Shown here: positions 1 to 13,200 of the stretch, in pieces | Numbering within the stretch: the stretch's first letter is position 1 | How the letters are laid out: every line of letters begins with the position of its first letter | Assembly: GCA_028534125.1 (NCBI GenBank) | Contig: CM052816.1 | Location: forward strand, 73,658,001-73,722,000 | Direction: 5' to 3' | Source of the DNA: Lama glama | Taxonomy: Eukaryota | Length of the DNA stretch: 64,000 bases | Notes under the pieces: model-generated | Seen by the model: only the letters and a program-made list of their open reading frames with translations | What the model was told of the DNA's origin: nothing | The model's database searches: none | Program-made: the position numbers and the translations under genes

Positions 1-380
1 GTCTGATTCTGTACATGCACAGCTAAGCACTCAGCCAAAGACTCTACAGATCCCCTTGTGCAGAATTCTGGAGCTTTCTCTCAGCAAAGGTCCTTTGTTC
101 CCAGTACCTTACTCTGCAAATTCTAAATGCTTCTGTTGCCTCAAACTCTGATCTCTGTCTCAATGAGAGTACTATGATCTGTTTGATCACCTTTCCCAGG
201 AATACCCTCCAGACAGAAAACCAGATAATCATGGTGCTCAGTTTATTTGTTTCCCTTCTCTCAGAGATTACAGCCCTCACTGCATATTGTCCAATATCTT
301 AAAAACAGTTATGTATTTTGTCTATGAAGTCATGAAGACAAGGGCACTGTTGGGTACCCATTTAGCCCAAAGTGGAAGTG
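1..380 (-). mobile_element. Old L1M (L1MC/MD/ME-type) 5' region fragment
   Basis: CCCTTCTCTCAGAGATTACAGCCCTCACTGCATATTGTCCAATATCTTAAAAACAGTT resembles the antisense 5' end of old L1M elements; a related sequence lies in the opposite orientation at ~54690-54780. Confidence 0.55.
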
Positions 381-399
381 CCTTCAGTTATACTGTAAG

Positions 400-780
400 A
401 GGAATGTAAGGAAAAGACCATGCAGGGCCTGGTGAGCCAGATAACAGTCTGGATTTCACTCAATGAGCCACAGAAGGGTTCCAGGTAGAGAAAAGACATG
501 AAATGATCTACATTTTCTAAATACAATTTAATAAAAAAGTGGGATTGTAGATAAGAATGGAAGCGAATAGATCAGTTAGAAAGCTCTTTCAAAATTCCAG
601 ATAATATGTTGTAGTGGCTTAGACTTCCTAACAGTAGTAGTAGTAAAGAGAAGTGATAGTAGTTGAGAAGTTTTTGGTGATAGTTGGATACGAGTTTTAA
701 AAACGGGAGAAATCAAGAATTTCTCAGGTTTTTGCTGGCCAACAAATTGGAAGGTGGTATCACTGAATGAAAAATTTAAA
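400..780 (-). mobile_element. L2 LINE fragment
   Basis: GACCATGCAGGGCCTGGTGAGCCA...GGATTT...AGAATGGAAGC...AGATCAGTTAGAAAGCT follows the usual antisense L2 motif order; heavily diverged. Confidence 0.65.
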
Positions 781-821
781 TATGTTTATTTATAAAATAA
801 GGACTGTTTTGTGGTCATGCA

Positions 822-1243
822 GATATTAGTTTGCTAGGGCTTCAGTAACAAAGTACTAGACTGGGTGGCTTAAACACCAGAAACGTATTGTCTCACAGTT
901 CTGGAAGCAAGAAATACAAATACAAAATTAAGGTGTCCACAGGGTTAGTTCCTTCTAAGAGCTATGAGAAAAGGTAATATTCTTGACCATTCTCCTTGAC
1001 TTACAGATGGTCATCTTCTCCCTTCATCTCTTCAACATTATCTTCCTCATGAGTGTCTGTGTCCAAATTTTCCCCCTCTTCAAGAACACCAGTCATATTG
1101 GGTCAGAGCCTACTCTAGTGGCTTCATTTTAACTTGAATTATCTCTGTAAAAATCCTATTCCCAAATAAAGCCACTTTCTGAGGCACTGGAAGTTAGAAC
1201 TTGAACATATTAATTTGAGGAGGCACATATTAACCTATAATAA
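822..1243 (-). mobile_element. MaLR solo LTR (MLT1B/C/D-like)
   Basis: TATTAGTTTGCTAGGGCT...AACAAAGTAC...GGGTGGCTTAAACA...TCTCACAGTTCTGGA...CCAGTCATATTGG...CCCAAATAAAGCCAC are characteristic MLT1 motifs in reverse orientation. Confidence 0.85.
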
Positions 1244-1460
1244 TAGAAAAGTCTGAAAGAAAGGTAAAGACTCTAAGCTAAGATTTCTCTAATAAATTAC
1301 ATATCTACAAAATCTACAAGTGTATGCATAGAGATGGAAATACAAATTTTATTCCAAGGTGTGCAGGAGACACAGTGTAAGAGATGCACTAATGTTCGCC
1401 AAGATGTTAACATTTTGTAGATAATTAGGTACATGATTATATGATGTTTCTAATGTGCTG

Positions 1461-1467
<7 letters not shown>

Positions 1468-1501
<34 letters not shown>
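1468..1501. repeat. (TA)n microsatellite
   Basis: Uninterrupted TA run read directly. Confidence 0.95.
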
Positions 1502-1507
<6 letters not shown>

Positions 1508-2444
1508 TAATACTTGACTCAAACAGTATCTCTTGGTAACATTTGGTGCCTCTTGGTAAAACTAGATTTCCAAAAAACACATTTTAAAAATCATCCCAGT
1601 AAGAGGTTTGTACTGGTAACTGTAGAGAACTAAGATTGCACAGTTGGTGTGGAGCCTAGAAAAGAAGTTCTTGAGTACAAAAGGAAAATAATTTTATGTG
1701 ACAGAAAACAAGGACTAGTTTAGTTTCTTGAACAGTGTATTCATTATTCAAATAATGAAAATAGTTGTACAAACTCAAATAAGAAAAAAACTTTCATATT
1801 CGGTAGTAATGATAGAATATATGGGGATGAAGAACATTCAGGAAAAGAGACCACACAACTAAAAATGTCACTAAGTGAAAATGTGTCTCCCAATATTCAA
1901 TGAGGTGGTGGTAGGTCTTTGAACTGAAAAAAACAAGTGATGACTTGCCATGTGAATTTTCCTTATACAATGGGACTCTAACATGACTATCTTGAGAAAA
2001 AAAATTGTAATATGTTTTACAAAGGTTATAATTTTTGAGTTATTATAGATAACTTTGTGTAGTTAAAACCCCTCATAATTATCAGTCTGTTACCCATTGG
2101 GCTAAACATATTGTGAGATACAAGAATGCCTTCTTGAAAACATCACTATGGCACTATATAGTGAATTCTACATGCTTCTAACTCTATTTAGTATCTGTTC
2201 TGAAAACAATGAAGGATTTGTGGTTCATTACTCCAAAATCTAATTACCTGGGAATAAGAAGGAAGATCTAGCTTGTGTTATCCTTATTCTATAGGTTTAG
2301 ATATTTTCTTCCAAAATTCTTAAATTTAACATGTTATTTTACTTGATTCCCATAGCTACCCTTGAAGACAGATGTTATTTTATAAAATCAGAGATTAACT
2401 TGCCCAAGAGAAATGGGATCTAACTAGAACTTAAATTAAACCAG

Positions 2445-2820
2445 TGTGTTAGTTAGCATTCAGTAATGCTGCTAAGACAAAGAGACCCATTTCTCTTTTC
2501 TCCCTTCCAGTCCCTAAACAAAACAAGTAGCCTAAAGAAGGTCAAATCTATTTTTCATGTAATAATCAAGAGGTGTATGGTTCAAGACTAGCAGGATTGC
2601 TTGCATCCTCAAAATCAACCTTCCAACTCTTGGTTCAATACTTCAGTTGTCTCCATTTCCCAGCCACCAGGAAGACAAAAAGAGGAGGTGCTGGCCACTG
2701 CTTTCATCTAACAGAACCTCACTCCTGATCATATTCTAAGGACCAGAATCTAATCACACAGCCATATCTAGCTGTGAGGGACACAGAAAAAAATAAAAAT
2801 CTACCTGGGAGCCCATACTC
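2445..2820 (-). mobile_element. Old MaLR LTR (MLT1J/K/L-like)
   Basis: TGTGTTAGTTAGCATT...GCTGCTAAGACAAA start; CCAGAATCTAATCACACAGCCATATCTAGCTG motif typical of old MLT1 LTRs. Confidence 0.55.
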
Positions 2821-3636
2821 TTGGAGGTGGAATATTATCAGTGTTGATCATTAGATGCAGAATGTGTTAAGTCAAAGAGTTCAGCAAAATTCATAGAGCT
2901 TAGCCAGACAAAGTTGGAAAAGAGACATGGTAATAAGGAAACATACCTACTTGCTTAGAAAATGAAAGTGACATGAACCAAAAACTCAATTGAGAGTCTA
3001 CCAAGTAAAAATAGAGTGAAGAGTGTCCTACACATGCACCATATCCAGTTACCTACGTAACATGTCCCATTTATTGTGTTAATATTATATTCAGAACTTT
3101 TTAATACAAATAGATTAATAATTATCAAAAAGGATTAGCACAAGAGCTAGTTAACCCCTTCTTGGGGAGAGGGAGGGCTACTGAGAGTTGCTTTGGCAAC
3201 TGGCAAAGCATATGATAGATACTAAGGAACTTAATTTGTAGATAAAAGTGTTTAAACTAAGTCTGTGACCTTATGACCTTCTCGAGCTCTGCAAAACTCC
3301 CTCTTGACTGGGTCAGAGTCAAAGTAGATGTATATTTGCATTGTCTTCAAGAGTGTCATTGCTGCATGGCAGGAAGTCCTAGAGGGAACACATTTAAGGG
3401 TCACAAGCACTTTCCTTCAGGAAAAAAATAGAGCCTTTATATACTTAGGAATTTGAGAAACAAACAATACACACCCTTGAAGTAAGAACACATGCTCAAA
3501 GACATTATCTTAACTGAAGTCCAGAAGTATATTCTAACTCAATAAGGACATAGTTGAAATGGAGAGGAGATATTTGGTGAAAGAACTTAAATTATTAGGT
3601 AGAGACTGAGATTCAATAGGTAACAAAGAATCTCAG

Positions 3637-5575
3637 GTTTTGTTTTTTTGTTTGTTTGTGTTTTTTTACAAAGTTTATTCTAGGAAGAGCAACTCATTGA
3701 GAGATAAAACTGTTTTAAAATTTACATATATGTATTGTTCATTGTTTCTAAGAACAGTGCAGAGCATTAGCTTTTTAAACTTAAATGTAGTATCAAAGGA
3801 ATAAAGCCAACCATAAAATAAGAATCAACAGAATGCAGTAATCCAATTACAAATGACAGTAAAATATGCCTACACACATTCAAGATATCAATCAGCTAAA
3901 TTTTAAATAATAAGTAGTTCTTTTGTGTCCTTTTTAAAAATGTTCCACATATAAAAGCAATATCATATAGCATTTTTCTTTCTATTTCTGGCTTACTTCA
4001 CTTAGAATGACAATCTCCAGGTCCATCCATGTTGCTGCAAATGGCATTATTTTATTCATTTTTATGGCTGAGTAGTATTCCATTGTGTATGTGTATACCA
4101 CATCTTCCTTATCCAGTCATCTGTTGATGGGCACTTGGATTGTTCCCATGTCTTGGCTATAGTAAATAGTGCTGCTGTGAACATTGAGGTGCATGTGTCT
4201 CTTTGAATTATATTTTTCTCTGCATATATGCCCAGGAGTGGGATTGCTGGATCATGTGGTAAGTTTATTTTTAGTTTTTTGAGAAATCTCCATACTGTCT
4301 TCCATAGTGGCTACACCAATTTGCATTCCCACCAACAGTGTCATGTTTCTTTTCGCCATAGCCTCTCCAGCATTTATCGTTTGTACTTTTTAATGATGGC
4401 TATTCTGGCCTGTGTGAGGTGATATCATAGTTTTGATTTGCATTTCTCTAACAATTAATGATGTTGAGCATCTTTTCACGTGCTTCTTAGCCATCTGTCT
4501 GTCTTCTTTGGAGAGATGTCTATTTAGGTTTTCTGCCCATTTTGATTGGGTTGCCTTTTTTTGGTATTAAGCTGTGTGTGTATTTTTTTGATATTGAGCT
4601 GTTTGTATATTTTGGAAATGAGTCCCTTGTCAGGCACATAATTTGCAAATATTGTCTCCCATTCTGTAGGTTGTCTTTTTGTTTTGTTGATGGTATCCTT
4701 ATCTGTGCAAAAGCCTTTAAGTTTAATTAGGTCCCATTTGTTTGTTTTTGCTTTTATTTCCATTACTCCAAGAGCTGATTCAAAAAATATATTGCTGTGA
4801 TTTATGTCCAAGAGTGTTCTGCCTATGTTTTCTCTAGGAGTTTTATAGCATCTGGTCTTACATTTAAGGCTTTAATCCATTTTGAGTTTATTTTTGTATA
4901 TGGTGTTAGAGAATGTTCTAATTTCAGTCTTTTACAGGTAGCTGTCCAGTTTTCCCAGCACCACTTATTGAAGAGACTGTCTTTTCACCATTGTATATTC
5001 TTGCCTCCTTTGTTTTAGATTAACTAACCATAAGTGTGTGGATTTATTTCTGGACTTTCCATCCTGTTCCATCAATCTATGTGTCTGTTTTTATGCAAGT
5101 ATCATACTGTTTTGATTACTGTAGCTTTATAGTATAGTCTGAAGTCAGGCCATGTGATTCCCCCAGAAGTATTGCTTGAAGCTGATGATTTTGATAGCTG
5201 CATATGTTATGGACTTAAATAAAAATCCACATATATTTGCATCATTTTAACTATAACCTTAAAAAGCCCTTTCTCCTTACATCTCAGTTTATATTTCTCT
5301 AAAATTCTCCATTTTTGTCTTCAGGTTTCTCCAGTGGTATTCACAGAGGTGCTTTTCTTGTCTTCGCATATTATCCATATCACCTACTCTGTTCTCATGG
5401 CAGATGTACTCATTATCCCCTTTTTTTTCCTCTGATACACAATTTATTTATCCAGTTAAGACATATTTTACATATCCAGAAATATTCTACATTCTCAAAT
5501 TCCCTCATTTTTAACTTCCAAGAGCTCCTGAATATCTCCCTCCCATGAGAGCAAGTAAGTACTGTCCATCCAGTG
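3637..5575 (-). pseudogene. Probable processed retrocopy (3' UTR plus possible decayed C-terminal CDS) of an unidentified gene, interrupted by L1
   Basis: On the minus strand, AATAAA (plus TTTATT ~3674-3679) precedes a decayed A-rich tail (plus T-rich 3638-3667). Non-repeat mRNA-like sequence lies at 3668-3913 and, less certainly, 5167-5575. No TSD found and parent gene not recognised. Confidence 0.45.
3914..5166 (-). mobile_element. L1 fragment (ORF2 C-terminal part and start of 3' UTR), truncated at both ends
   Basis: ORF 4524..4811(-) contains KWDLIKLKGFCTDKDTINKTKRQPTEWETIFAN, a standard L1 ORF2 segment; flanking DNA matches the other L1 copies in the window. Confidence 0.95.
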
Positions 5576-5756
5576 GTAGAAATTCGGAAGAGAAAGTTTT
5601 ACAAAGAGTTAAGTGGTACAAGTGGGTAGACAAAGAAGTAGGTACTTAAGCTGATGTTAGCATGATCTTTGCAATCTGTCAGGGAATAAATATGTAGAAA
5701 GTATGTGTCATGTGTTTGTACCCAAACATGCTTCTCTTCCAAGAGTTTACAATAAA

Positions 5757-6225
5757 TGTATCAGGCAGTGATAGCTCATTGCCTATCCAATTCTTCACTT
5801 TTTCATTACTAACAGAAATGAAGTACATTCAGGGTGGTAATATTCCTAGCTTAACCTAGAAATGAAAGATAGCTTTGTGTCTAAGTTCTGGCCCATGAGA
5901 TATCAGTAAAAGTTCTACCTTGGTCTTCTTGGTCTTCTAAAGGAAAACTGACAACTAGTACCTCCCATTTTTGCCCAGTCTCCTTTCTTCCTGTTGGCTA
6001 GCTAGAAAGCTGGTGGACTTCCAGCAGTCATCTTAAACTTCTGGCAACCTCAAGACTGGAATCCACACATTAAATAAGATGGAATGGAAAGATCGGAGGA
6101 GACTTTTGACCCTGATAAGTTGTCATGCCAATTCAAACTCTCCTCAGCCTTCTCTTATTTGAGAGAATCCTCTAGCTTGGTAAAGTCACTTTAAGGTTAC
6201 TCTTAAATACAGTGGAACTGACACA
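5757..6225 (+). mobile_element. Old ERVL/MaLR LTR (LTR16/LTR33/MLT1-like)
   Basis: CTAAGTTCTGGCCCATGAGATATCAGTAAAAGT and CAGCAGTCATCTT motifs; family uncertain. Confidence 0.5.
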
Positions 6226-8199
6226 ACTGAGTTAAATTATTTTTATTAGATGATCATCAATAATATTAACAGATTCCACCAAGCCAACTATAATGATTTA
6301 AGAGTGTAACAAAGTCCATATTATAACCTGTAATATTTTCTAGACTTTATTTGTGTGGTATGTTGTCAAGTTTACTCAAGCACAAATTTTATCTTAAATT
6401 CCCTTAAAAAGATAATTCTCACTCTTTAGAAGCATTATTATGTATTTTTTCAGCACCATTATACAAATAAGATAGAAGTGGGAAAGAAAAATGTTCAAAA
6501 ACATTTTTGCATTAAGAGTATTTCATTTTCCTTCTTTTGTTATTGTAGGGAGGGGGTTACTTGCTGCTTTGTTTGAGGAACATTTGAGTAATTAGGTTAA
6601 AAAGTAACATTAAACTGAAGTTTCTTAACAGAATTATTTTACTGAAAAAAAAATTCTGAAGGAACTATACCATTTTCTTTACAAGAACATATTCAGAATG
6701 CAATGATCACAGTTTTATTCAATATTGTATGACCAAAGAATTGGATTCTCCTTGTCCAAATAGTAAAAACTAAAATAATGTGACATAGTTATATCCAGAA
6801 AATGCAATACCTGAAACATTTATAGAACAGAAGGAGAAAAAAAGTATGTGATCTCCAGTGGCATATGTTTTGAATTATAATACATGAATTAAATGGTTGC
6901 AAACAATGTTGAATAAGTAAAAGACATCATGGAATGAAAATACAATATACACTGCAAAACCATATGTATCCTAAGGCTGAAGTACTTTTAGGTTGCCTTT
7001 ATAGGACCACAGCAGAAATATTTGATGTAGGAGGTGAGTTTTTTTTGCCATTGGGTTTTTTTTTCCTTGCTAAATTCTCACAAGTGGTTTATTTTCTAGG
7101 ATGTATATCCTCTTTCTCACCACAAGAGTCACAATCAGTCTATTTCAACAGCTTGAAGAAATCACCTTCTCTCCTGCATTCAATTCAAAATCTTCCTCTT
7201 CTTTCTTCCTCTTTTCTATTTAGATACACGTGTTATAAAATTGCCAACTGCTAATGAGGGATAAGCATCTCTCCAGGCTTTTTAGGTTTAAAAATTGGTC
7301 AAAGTCACTTGAGTTAAAATTATTTCCCCATACCATCAGCCCCAACTCAAACATATCCAGTAGATCTTCTAATAGCTTCTCTCCTGCATTTTCCTTTTGT
7401 TATATGCACTGTCCTCAAAACATCTTCTCAAGCCCACTTCAAAAACATTTTGAAAAACTACTTTATGCAATTTTTTTAAAGTCAGGAGTTGCCAAAGTTA
7501 AGATCTTCACGACACCCCAAACTCATTCATTGCACAGATTGTATAGATTAAGCTTGAATTTCTGTCATCTAACCTATGATTGAAAATATATGAATCCAGT
7601 GTTGGAGATGTTTTTATAAAATTCCATGACATTCAATGATCTATTAAAATTTAGTCTTTATGTTACTTCATCATTCAATTTAAAAGCAAAATTGTATTTA
7701 TAAGTTCACCTTACACTTACTGCTCTTTTTTCCCAACACACAAAATAATGTAAATTTTGTGTCACTATAATGTTTACTTATTTGTTTAAAAGTAGGTATT
7801 TTGAGTCTCAAACCTAAAAATGCCCTTCTTCCTTTTCCCCATCTCAAAATTTTTAAAGACATGGGTTTTTAGGCTACTGAAGCACCTTAGCACCTAATTT
7901 TATTTTTAAATTTTAAATCCCTCTATTTTTAAAAAAGTATTATTTGAACATAAAACATTTTTAAAGTTCTGATAGTTGCACTTATTATTATAGGATGAAA
8001 AGACTGAAGGCAAAGTATGTGGTTTTCCTATTATGAAAATAAAGCAATTTTTAAAATGTCTTCCATCCCAAATTTATCTTTTATGAATATACAAATTTTA
8101 TTTCAATGTACAATTTTTTATTAAAAACTAATGGCTTACAGGAGAAAATGCTTTTGCTTAAATGTTTAATGTTTGAGACTTAATAATAAATTTGAAAGT

Positions 8200-8620
8200 A
8201 AACTTTTTTACCCATCAAATTGACAAAGATTTCCAAAATATCTACTAGCCTGAGTCCACTGCCCTGGTAGTAAATTTGGTATTCTCAAACACTGCTGCAG
8301 AGAAAATAACTGCTTCAGAAGTTTTTCTGGGGAGTAATTTGGCAATCCATATCAAGTATTTCAAGATTATTCATATAAATCAATCCAGTATTATGCTCTA
8401 AGCTCACAAAGATTATGTGGTTTTTTTAGAGCAGAGAAATATTAAAAGCCAACTGTTATTTCTAGTAGATAAGTATATAAATTATAGTATAATCACATAT
8501 TTTAATATTACATAGCATTAAGAATATTTCTGATGAATATTTAATAGGTAAGTTTTCATACTGTAATTTTTCTTAGTGGAAACTGCAAGACACACTGCTG
8601 AATATAAATTATGACCCAAA
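8200..8620 (+). mobile_element. Old L1ME-type 3' fragment
   Basis: TTTTACCCATCAAATTGACAAAGATT...ATTCTCAAACACTGCTG...TTTCTGGGGAGTAATTTGGCAAT resembles a diverged L1 ORF2 end. Confidence 0.55.
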
Positions 8621-8629
8621 TGTCCCTTC

Positions 8630-9120
8630 ATGTTATTTACAAAAATGGCCACAGTAAGTGCCTTTCCTATTGACTACTCTTGAGCAGTATCCTCTCATCT
8701 GATTCCCAGCATGGCCATAAGCCTTGCTTTGGCTAATTAGGTATTAGCTAATGTGATGAAAATAGAGATTTAATAAGGACTTGCTTGTGGGACTTTGCCC
8801 CCATGCTGCTTTCTGGAACCCTGAGGAGACCATCATGTAAAGAAGCCTAGAATAACCTACATCAAAGTGGAAGGCCATGTGAAACAGAGACAAGCTATCC
8901 CAGCTAAGGCCCCCTAGACCAACCAGTCAGCCAACTGCGAGACATATGAATGAGGTTATCCAAGATCAGCCATCACTAGCCAAACTTGCAGATGACCACT
9001 TCAGCCCAAAAGAGAAACACAGATAGTCAGTGCAAAAAAATTATGAATTAAATAAATTTCAGGTTTTTTAAGCCATTAGGTTTTAGTTTTTTTAACAAAA
9101 CAAAAACTAACCAATAGACA
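8630..9120 (+). mobile_element. MaLR solo LTR (MLT1F/G/H-like)
   Basis: AAAATGGCCACA...TTGCTTTGGCTAAT...CATGTAAAGAAGCCTAG...CCCAGCTAAGGCCCCCTAGACCAACCAG...TTTTAAGCCATTAGGTTTT motifs. Confidence 0.75.
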
Positions 9121-10193
9121 TAGTAAGATGACTATAAACTTTGATGTTTTCCTTTAAAGCTTTCCAAGTTTTCTAAATGCAGTAAAATCAGTAAGAGTTT
9201 TTATAATCAGATTATCTCATTTCATAATAAGAAATATATAAAGCAGACAAAAGTAAAAACAGCTGAAGAAAATTAAGAAAAATGAGTTGTATTCCTCATG
9301 TGTACCCTTCAGTTATCAGTTTCCCTTTAGAAACCGTTGGATAGTATCATCTCTGGGAATGCTTTTTTACAAAACTGTAGTTCATATCTTTTCTTTTTGG
9401 TTTCATTCCAGTGACTTTGGTTTCACTGTGGCTAATTTCTGAAGTTTTGGTATCCCTTCCCAATGTCCTTGCTTTTTAATGGTTGCAAAACAGACAGTCA
9501 GTAATACATAAGTTGGAACTCATCATATAACAGTTTCATATGGGAGAGTGACATCAGCATTATGGCATCATGAAACACTCCCTTTGTCTCTCCCTTTCAA
9601 TCTACAACTGACAAAACATACAGAACTCAAAGGTTCCTCTGCCCAACACACCAGGATATCAGAGAGATCCACATACCTGTACATCTGAAGGTGAGTGGAC
9701 TGAAACACATAGAAGTGGCAACACCCATGATTCTGGTCCCCCAGTCTCAGCAAATCCCACTGGGAACAGGGCAGCAGAACCTGAGGCACTAACAACCTTC
9801 TCCCTCCCCCGCCTCTACAGCAGCAGTGCCCATAACCCAGGCGACCTCAAATGCTACAGAGGACCACTATCCAAGTGCCCCAGCAACACTGGCAGGAGCA
9901 AAGCACTGGCAACTCTGGAGGCACTGGCAACAACTCTGGCAGAGGTGATGGAGGGTGGAGGGTGCCAATTCTCAAATATAGCCAGAGGCAACTTAGATAA
10001 CAGAAACAAAAATCTTCTGCTATAGTGCTACCTATTGATCAACAAAACAAAAGCCTTTAATTACCAATCTGTTGAATTGTTAAGATCAAAGTAAACAGAG
10101 TTTTACCTAAATAAGTAAAGTGTTCACTACTTCAGATATGCTGGCAGGGAACAACTCATTAAGCACCATGAAAAACCACGGTAACATGGTATC

Positions 10194-10195
10194 AC

Positions 10196-10225
<30 letters not shown>
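10194..10225. repeat. (CA)n microsatellite inside L1 ORF1
   Basis: CA run with a short TA interruption, read directly. Confidence 0.85.
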
Positions 10226-10226
<1 letters not shown>

Positions 10227-13200
10227 AAGACAGCTCTCCAGAAATCAAACTTAAACTCATGGAAATTTGTGATATAACTGATGGAGAATTCAAAATAGCT
10301 GTCGTGAAGAAAAACTCGACAAGCTACCAGAAAACTCAGAAAGGCAGTTCAATGAGCTCAGGAATAAAATTAATGAACAAAATAAATACTTTACCTAAGA
10401 GATTAAAACCCTATAGAAGAACCAAATAGAAATTCTGGAGCTTAAGAATTCAACAAATGATGAATGCATTGAAGGCACTAGAAATAGAACAGACCATATA
10501 TATGGAAGAGAGAATTAGCAAGCTCAAACATAGAAATCTAAAATGATTTAGGTAGAAGAGGAGAGAGAACTAAGAGTATTTCAAAACATAAACTCTGTGA
10601 GAACTATGTGACTCCATTAGAAAATGCAACATAAGGATAATGGGTATCCCAGAAGGAGAAGAGAGGGAGAAGGAAACAGAAAGCTTATTTAAAGAAATAA
10701 TAGCTGCAAACTTCTCAAACCCAGGGAATGAAATGGATAAAGAAATCCACAAAGCTAGTAGAACACCTAATTACCTCAAAGCAAAAAGACCTTTTTCCAA
10801 AACTTAATATATTACAACTGTTAAAATTCAGTTATACAGAATTTAAAGGAAGCTAGGGAAAAAAAGATAGTAACCTACAAAGGCTATCAACAGATTTCTC
10901 AGAAGAAACCTTATAGGCCAGGAGAGAGGGGGTGACATACTCAAAATATTGAAAGATAAAAACTGTCAGCCAAGAATATTCAGTAAAGTTATTCATTAGA
11001 TATGAAAAAGAAATAAAGGCTTTCTCAGACAAATAAAAGCTGAGGGAAATTACCACCACTATACTATCTTACAAGAAATGTTGAAAGAGCACTTTGACTT
11101 GAAATGAAAAGACAAAAGTACACAAAATTTTGATGAAAGTGAAGTAGATAAAATCAGAAAACTGCAACTCTGTATTAGAATAGGTTGTTAAACCATTATA
11201 GCATAAAGCTGAAAGGAGGAAAAAGCATTAGAAATAACTATTGCTACTTCAATTTGGTAACAAATTCACAACATGAAAAGGGATAATTTGACAACAAAAA
11301 CATAAAAGGGAAGAGGAAAAGAATTTGTTCTGGGAAATAAAACTAAGATGCTGTCATTAGAAAAAGGACTATTTTATCGATGAGACCTTTTGTACAAACT
11401 CCATGATAATGACAAAATAAAAATCTAGAGCAGTGACACAAAGGAAGAAACTGAGAAAAATACCATAGAAAAGCATTAAACAAAAATGGCAGGGAGAAAC
11501 ACAAGTAAAAAGAAATAATAGATAGAGCAATCAGAAAACCAGAAGATAAAATAGCAGTATTAAATCTTCAGCTATTAATCATCACATTAAATGTAAACAT
11601 TTTGAATTCACCAACCAAAAGACAGAGTGGTTGGTTGGATTAAAAAACAAGATGTAATTATATGTTGCCTCCACGAGACTCATCTTGGCTCTAAATAAAA
11701 TGTAGGCTTAAGGTGAAGAGATAGAGGATGAAACTCCAAGCAAATGGTAGGCAAAAGAAAGTGGGTGTAGCCATACTAATATCAGACAAAGCAGATTTCA
11801 ACCCCATAAAATGTAACAAGAGACAAAGACGCACATTATTTAATGTAAGAGGGACAATCCATCAAGAAAACATAACTTTTATTAATATATATGCACCTAA
11901 CATGGGAGCACCAAAATATATAAAGGAATTATTAACAGACCTAAAGTGAGAAATCAACAATAACACAATAATAGTAAGGGACTTTAACATTCCACTTACA
12001 TCAATGGCTAGATCAAACAGAAAGTCAAAAAAAAAATGAGCCTTAAATGAAACATTAGATCAGACAGACTCAATACATAGATATAAAACATTCCCTCCCA
12101 AAGCAGCAGAGTATACATTCTTCAAGTGCACATGGGACATTCTCAGGGATAGATCATATGTAGGGATACAAAACAAGTTTCAATATATTTAAGATGACAA
12201 ATTATATCAAACATCTTTTCCAAACACAACAGTATAAAACTGGAAACCAATTATAAGAAGAAAGCTGGAAGATTACAAATATGTGGAGACTAAATAACAC
12301 ACTACTGAACAACTATTGGATGAATAAAGAAATCAAAGGAGAAATAAAAAAATACTTGAAGACAAATGAAAATGAAAATATGACATACCAAACTCTACAG
12401 GATACAGTAAAAAGTGGTACTAAGAGGGAATTTAATAGCAATACAGGCCTACCTCCCAAAACAAGAAAAATCTAAATCTAACCTCATACCTAAAAGAGCG
12501 ATAAAAGGAGAATAAAGCCCAAAATCAGAAGAAAGGAAGGAAATAATAAAATTCAGAGCAGAAATAAATGAAGTAGAGCCTAAAAATACAATAGAAAAGA
12601 TCAATGAAACTAAGAGCTGGTTCTCTGAAAATTTTGACAAAATTAACTAGCATTTAGCTAGACTTACTAAGAAAAAGACTATGAACAGCTATACACCAAC
12701 AAATTGGACAATCCAGAAGAAATGGATAAATTCTTAGAATCATACAACCTTCTAAGACTGAATCATAAAGAAATAGAAAATCTGAATAGACTGATCGATA
12801 GTAAGGAAGTTGAATCAAAAACCTCCCAAAAAACCAAAAATTCAGGATCAGATAGCTTCATTGATAAATTCTACCAAATATTCAAAGATTTAATGCCTAT
12901 ACTTGTCAAACTCTTCCAAAAAATGAAGATAAATGAATGCTTCCTATTTCATCTTACAAGGCCAACATTACCCTGATACAAAAACCTGACAAGGGAAAAA
13001 AAAGGGAATTATATCTCTAATGAACAGAAGTGCAAAAATCCTCAATAAAATATTAGCAACTGAATTTAAAGGACTACACACCAAGGTTAAGTGGGATTTA
13101 TTCCAGGGACTTAAGGACAGTTCAACATCCATAAGTCAATGTGATGCACCACATTAATAAATTGAAGGATAGAAATCATATAATCATCTCAACAGATGCA

